From: Deltaproteobacteria bacterium
GTDB lineage: Bacteria > Myxococcota_A > Polyangia > Polyangiales > Houyiibacteriaceae
Reading direction: 5' to 3'
DNA length: 64,000 nt
NCBI GenBank assembly: GCA_034670305.1
Contig: JAXMNT010000005.1
Coordinates: 192,415-256,414 of the forward strand
This document shows, piece after piece, positions 60,176 through 64,000 of this stretch. A program made the position numbers and the translations under genes. How positions within the stretch are numbered: the first letter of the stretch is position 1; every line of letters begins with the position of its first letter. Below the pieces are notes generated by a model. The model was not told where the DNA came from, searched no databases, and saw nothing but the letters and a program-made list of their open reading frames with translations.

Positions 60176-62244
60176 TACGTGCCCTGATCCTCCGTCAGTG
60201 CTTTCACTTCCGGATCCTTGTCGCGTACGCCCGACTCCGTCACCGACCCCTCGACCGACTTGTCGAGGTCGAGGATGCGTTGTTCTCCGACGTAGGACTT
60301 CGTTTCGTACTTGGTCATCTTGCCGATCTTCTTGACGATGTCCGCCATTCGTTCGGCCTCTCGGACCAGCACTTCGGCCGCTCGAAACTCGGGCGTGCCT
60401 TCTTCCAGCTTTCGTTTCAGAAGCTCAGCATAAGCCATCACGCTCGTCAGCGGTTGGTTGAGCTCGTGGGCGGCGGTGCCAGCGAGCTCGGCGATGAGCG
60501 CCTGCTTCTCGGTGGAGGCGAGCTTCTGCTGTGCTTCTGCGAGTCTTTCTTCGACCCGGAGCTTCTCGCGCAGGTCGGTGAAGATGCCGAACGTCGCCAC
60601 CGGTTCGCCGCGCTCGTAGATCATCGCGGCGGAAAGCCGGATGGGAATGCGTTCGCCGTTCTTGCCCAATGCTTCCATGAGGGTGGGGCTCAAGCGTCCC
60701 AGACCGCCGTGCTGATCCGAGCGAAGTTTCCGCAACACTTCGGCCGCTCCGTCGCCCGGGTAGAGCTGTCGCACGCTCATGCGCCCCACGACCTCTTCGG
60801 GGCGGTACCCGTAGATGCGCTCGGCCCCTTGGTTGTACAGGATGATGTTGCCGTCCATGTCGGAGGCGATGATCCCGTCCACGCTCGCGTCGATGAGCGA
60901 CTCGAGAAACTCCATCGTCTTGATGAACTCGGCTTCGGTGCGGCGCTGTTCGGTCACGTCCTGAAACGAAACGAGCACCGCGCCGTTGCCGTCCTCGAGT
61001 GCGGAGAAGGAGCATGAACACACGAGCCAGGGCCCGTCGTCGTGGCGAAGCCGGAGATCGACGCCCCGCGGGTAGTCGCCCTGAGCGAACCCCTCCCAGA
61101 GCGAGCGGGCGCGCTCCAGATCGTCGGGATGGACCAGCTCGTTGACGGGTTTGCCTTCGAGCACCCCCGAGCGGGTACCGACCACTTCGTAGGCGCGTGG
61201 GTTGGCGAAGAGCAACGAACCCTCGCCGGCGATCACCGCGATGCCCTCGGCCGACGACGCGAACAGATCGGCGTAGCGCTTGAGCTGCCGCAGCCGCCGT
61301 TCCGCTTCGAAGCGCGCGAAGGTGATCTGCTGGGTGTGGTCCCGGAGCGACTGCATCACCCGCGCGTTGCGCAAAGCCACCGCGGTCGCATTGGCGACGA
61401 TCTGACAGAGGTGCGTCTCCCGCTGAGAGAGCTCGCCCCGGTCGGCGCGGGCGCGCAGGAAGAGCACCCCGATCGCCTGATCTTCCCACACGATCGGGAA
61501 CAGACTCATCGCGCTCAGGTCCGTGCTCTCGACGTCTTCTCGCACGATGTCCAGCACCGGATGGGTGCGGGCATCGGTGATCGTGAGCGGCTTGCGGGTC
61601 TTGAGGACCTCGCGGATCTCCGGGTACTTGGTCAGGTCCAGCTGCAGGTTGGCCAGCTGTTGATCGTCGCTGGCGACGACCACGTAGCCCACGTCGCCGG
61701 CGTCCGGTTCCGGCGCAAGCACGATGGACACGCGCGAGACATGCACGACGTCTGCGATGCGGCGCACGACCGTGTACAGGATCTCGCGGAAGTCGAGCGA
61801 CGAGGCGAGCGCCTGGGTCAGCTCGAGCATGACCTCCGCGTCCTTCTTCTGGTGGGACAGCTCGTCGACCTGCTTGCGGATCCGAAAACTCGCGGTCACC
61901 CGCGCGACCAGCTCCGCGGAGAGGAAGGGCCGGCGCACCACGTCGTTCACGCCGGCGTCGAACGCCCGCTCCATCATCGCGCCTGCGTCGCGTTCGTCCG
62001 CGACGATCACCACCGAACAGTCTTGGGTTCGAGGGTCCTTCTTGAGCGCGGTGAGCGCGTCCAGCGTGCGCTGCCCCGTGGCGCCTTCGAGCAGCAGCAG
62101 GCAGTCCGGGTCCATGGCGGCAAACTCTTGGCCTTCGCCGATGGGGCGCGCGAGCGCTTCGATGTGCGCACGGTCCAGTGCCTCGACGAGCGCGCTTCCG
62201 AGAGACGGCTCGTCTGTCAGCACGAGAACTCGGCGCTGCACCAT
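60175..62244 (-). CDS. Receiver-GAF-PAS-PAS-HisKA protein lacking a HATPase domain
   Basis: Atypical receiver, GAF, two PAS, AAHELNQPL H-box. Protein ends soon after with no N/G1/F/G2 boxes. Confidence 0.85.
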   Translation of the reverse strand: MVQRRVLVLTDEPSLGSALVEALDRAHIEALARPIGEGQEFAAMDPDCLLLLEGATGQRTLDALTALKKDPRTQDCSVVIVADERDAGAMMERAFDAGVNDVVRRPFLSAELVARVTASFRIRKQVDELSHQKKDAEVMLELTQALASSLDFREILYTVVRRIADVVHVSRVSIVLAPEPDAGDVGYVVVASDDQQLANLQLDLTKYPEIREVLKTRKPLTITDARTHPVLDIVREDVESTDLSAMSLFPIVWEDQAIGVLFLRARADRGELSQRETHLCQIVANATAVALRNARVMQSLRDHTQQITFARFEAERRLRQLKRYADLFASSAEGIAVIAGEGSLLFANPRAYEVVGTRSGVLEGKPVNELVHPDDLERARSLWEGFAQGDYPRGVDLRLRHDDGPWLVCSCSFSALEDGNGAVLVSFQDVTEQRRTEAEFIKTMEFLESLIDASVDGIIASDMDGNIILYNQGAERIYGYRPEEVVGRMSVRQLYPGDGAAEVLRKLRSDQHGGLGRLSPTLMEALGKNGERIPIRLSAAMIYERGEPVATFGIFTDLREKLRVEERLAEAQQKLASTEKQALIAELAGTAAHELNQPLTSVMAYAELLKRKLEEGTPEFRAAEVLVREAERMADIVKKIGKMTKYETKSYVGEQRILDLDKSVEGSVTESGVRDKDPEVKALTEDQGT

Positions 62245-62460
62245 TTCCCCGCCAGGATAACAGCACGCGCCCTTCGGGGCACCAGAACGGCATCCAGTGC
62301 CACCCCAGTCCGTCTGGGAACCGTTTGTTGGTCCGTGGGGAATGAGCGCATCCCCCTCCGGCCTGCGGGGCAAAGCCCCTCCGGCAACTTCGCTTCGTCG
62401 GTGCGGTTTGGGCCCAAGACCTGTGGTTCGGCCGTACCATCCCGGCATGGCGCGGTGTCT

Positions 62461-63765
62461 ATGGAGATGAACTTCGATGGGCTCGTGGGCCCAACCCACA
62501 ACTACGCAGGGCTGGCCCATGGGAACATGGCCTCGGCGACCAACGCGGGCCTCATCAGCTCACCGCGCAAAGGTGTGCTCGAGGGACTGGGCAAGATGGC
62601 CCTGCTGCACGCGCTCGGGGTGCCCCAAGGGATCCTCCCGCCCCACGAACGGCCCCGGACCGAGCTGCTGTACGCGCTTGGGTTCGGACCCGATGAGAAA
62701 CGCGCGATCGAGCGGGCCGGGCGAGAAGCGCCGCATCTGCTCGCGGCGGTCTACAGCGCGTCGCCGATGTGGACGGCCAACGCCGCCACCGTCAGCCCGA
62801 GCGCCGACACCGAAGACGGCCGCCTGCACTTCACCCCGGCCAACCTGCAGGCCTCACTCCACCGTTCCCTCGAGCCCGACGCCACGGCGCATGCGCTCCG
62901 AACGATTTTTCGAGGCCCGAGGTTCGTGCATCACGCGCCGCTCTGGCCGGTCCAGGATCTGGGGGACGAAGGCGCCGCCAACCACATCCGGCTGCACGAC
63001 GGAGGCGAAGGGCTTGAGGTCTTCGTGTACGGCAAAGACCGCAGCGGCGCCGCCCCGAAGAAGTTCCCCGCCCGCCAGACCCGCGACGCGTCGGCCGCGG
63101 TGGCGCGCGCACACGGCCTGCGCCAGTTCGAGTTCCTCCAACAATCGCCCGACACCATCGACCTCGGTGTCTTCCACAACGACGTCATCAGCGTCGGACA
63201 CGAACGGGTGTTGCTCTGGCACGAACGCGCGTTCGCGGATCTCGGGGCGGTCGATGCGCTCCGGACCCGCCTCGCCGAGATGGAGATCGAGCTCATCGAC
63301 TGGCGGGTCCAAGAAGACGAGCTGAGCGTCTCCGAAGCGGTGCAGACCTACCTCTTCAACTCTCAGCTCGTCACGACCTCCGATGGGTACGTCTTGGTCG
63401 CGCCGCGCGAATGCCAAGACAGCGAAGCGGCCTGGACCGTCATCGAACGGCTCTTGGTCGACGGCCTCGGTGGGTGCGTGGTGCCAGACGTCCGGCAGAG
63501 CATGCGCAACGGCGGGGGACCGGCATGTTTGCGCCTGCGCGTAGAGCTCACCCGCGAAGAGCGCGCCGACGTGCTCCCCGGATGTGTGTTCGGCGCAGAG
63601 CGGTACGCGGCGCTCCAAGCCTGGGCCGAACGCCGCTACCGCGAGTCCCTGTCCCCCGACGACCTGCGGGACCCAGCCCTGCCCGACGAAGCCCGCCTCG
63701 CCCTGGACGAACTGACCGGCATCCTGGAACTCGGCAGCGACTTCTACCCGTTCCAGCGCGTCTGA
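62461..63765 (+). CDS. astB: N-succinylarginine dihydrolase
   Basis: NFDGLVGPTHNYAGL, SASPMWTANAATVSPS, GDEGAANH, GVFHNDVI, YLFNSQL, SMRNGGGPACLRLRV, YPFQ. Confidence 0.95.
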   Translation: MEMNFDGLVGPTHNYAGLAHGNMASATNAGLISSPRKGVLEGLGKMALLHALGVPQGILPPHERPRTELLYALGFGPDEKRAIERAGREAPHLLAAVYSASPMWTANAATVSPSADTEDGRLHFTPANLQASLHRSLEPDATAHALRTIFRGPRFVHHAPLWPVQDLGDEGAANHIRLHDGGEGLEVFVYGKDRSGAAPKKFPARQTRDASAAVARAHGLRQFEFLQQSPDTIDLGVFHNDVISVGHERVLLWHERAFADLGAVDALRTRLAEMEIELIDWRVQEDELSVSEAVQTYLFNSQLVTTSDGYVLVAPRECQDSEAAWTVIERLLVDGLGGCVVPDVRQSMRNGGGPACLRLRVELTREERADVLPGCVFGAERYAALQAWAERRYRESLSPDDLRDPALPDEARLALDELTGILELGSDFYPFQRV

Positions 63766-63921
63766 CAGGCTGCTGAAGAACGCCCGCAGGGCGTTCTCGC
63801 AGCCTGCCCCTTGCCCCTGCCCTTGCCTTTGCCCTTGCCCGCGGATCAGCGGTCAGATCGCTTGATCAGCGCCACGAGCATCGCGACGACCTGCTCGAGG
63901 TGGGCGAGAGCCCGTTCGATA
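63766..63921. repeat. Second copy of the IS5-end hairpin/(GCCCTT)n/four-helix-bundle 3' unit
   Basis: Matches 47051-47205. Minus strand reads IERALAHLEQVVAMLVALIKRSDR* in frame. Confidence 0.88.
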
Positions 63922-63990
63922 TTTCTTGGGGGCACAGCCCCCAAACCCCGTCCCGGTGACACCGCTGGCTCGCTTCGCGAGGCTGCACGC
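63922..63990. repeat. Inverted partial REP-like module
   Basis: Reverse complement gcagcctcgcgaagcgagccagcggtgtcaccgggacggggtttgg...cccccaagaaa resembles 877-938. Confidence 0.7.
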
Positions 63991-64000
63991 TGTCGAATAT

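Noticed and set aside
62250-62450. Possible ncRNA or riboswitch between the sensor gene and astB (hairpins gcccttcggggc, ggggcaaagcccc)
   Set aside because: Short GC hairpins are expected by chance here, and part resembles a degenerate REP module. No known aptamer is recognisable.

Overview
High-GC (roughly 70% by eye) chromosomal segment, most likely from a myxobacterium (Myxococcota, Polyangia/Sandaracinus-like). The assignment rests on three MYXO-CTERM-type C-termini, myxobacterial Cys-rich repeat lipoproteins, and eukaryote-like Ser/Thr kinases. About 50 CDS can be supported: metabolism (cysQ, pfk, gloA, thiolase, bioA, astB, SDR, amidase, ceramidase-like), signalling (PilZ, two cNMP proteins, two-component genes, a kinase-STAND-TPR protein, a pseudokinase), surface proteins (tandem nidogen-like proteins, peptidoglycan peptidases) and hypotheticals. 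I saw no rRNA, tRNA, CRISPR array or intact transposase. The best candidate for an undescribed system is a compact three-gene operon (30472-33302) with a sigma-54-like promoter and a downstream hairpin. It pairs a cytoplasmic ferritin-like di-iron protein with two paralogous lipoproteins that share a leader-like N-terminus, a recurring Asn-x-x-x-Asp linker and a common NGM(A/L)DV-x-DL tail, suggesting a protein-modification (RiPP-like) or metal-handling system. Intergenic DNA holds a modular REP-like family whose hairpins close with C-GNA-G triloops, hexamer tracts that bracket IS5 and four-helix-bundle gene remnants, and an orphan IS481-like end. All family calls come from motif recognition; no database searches were run.
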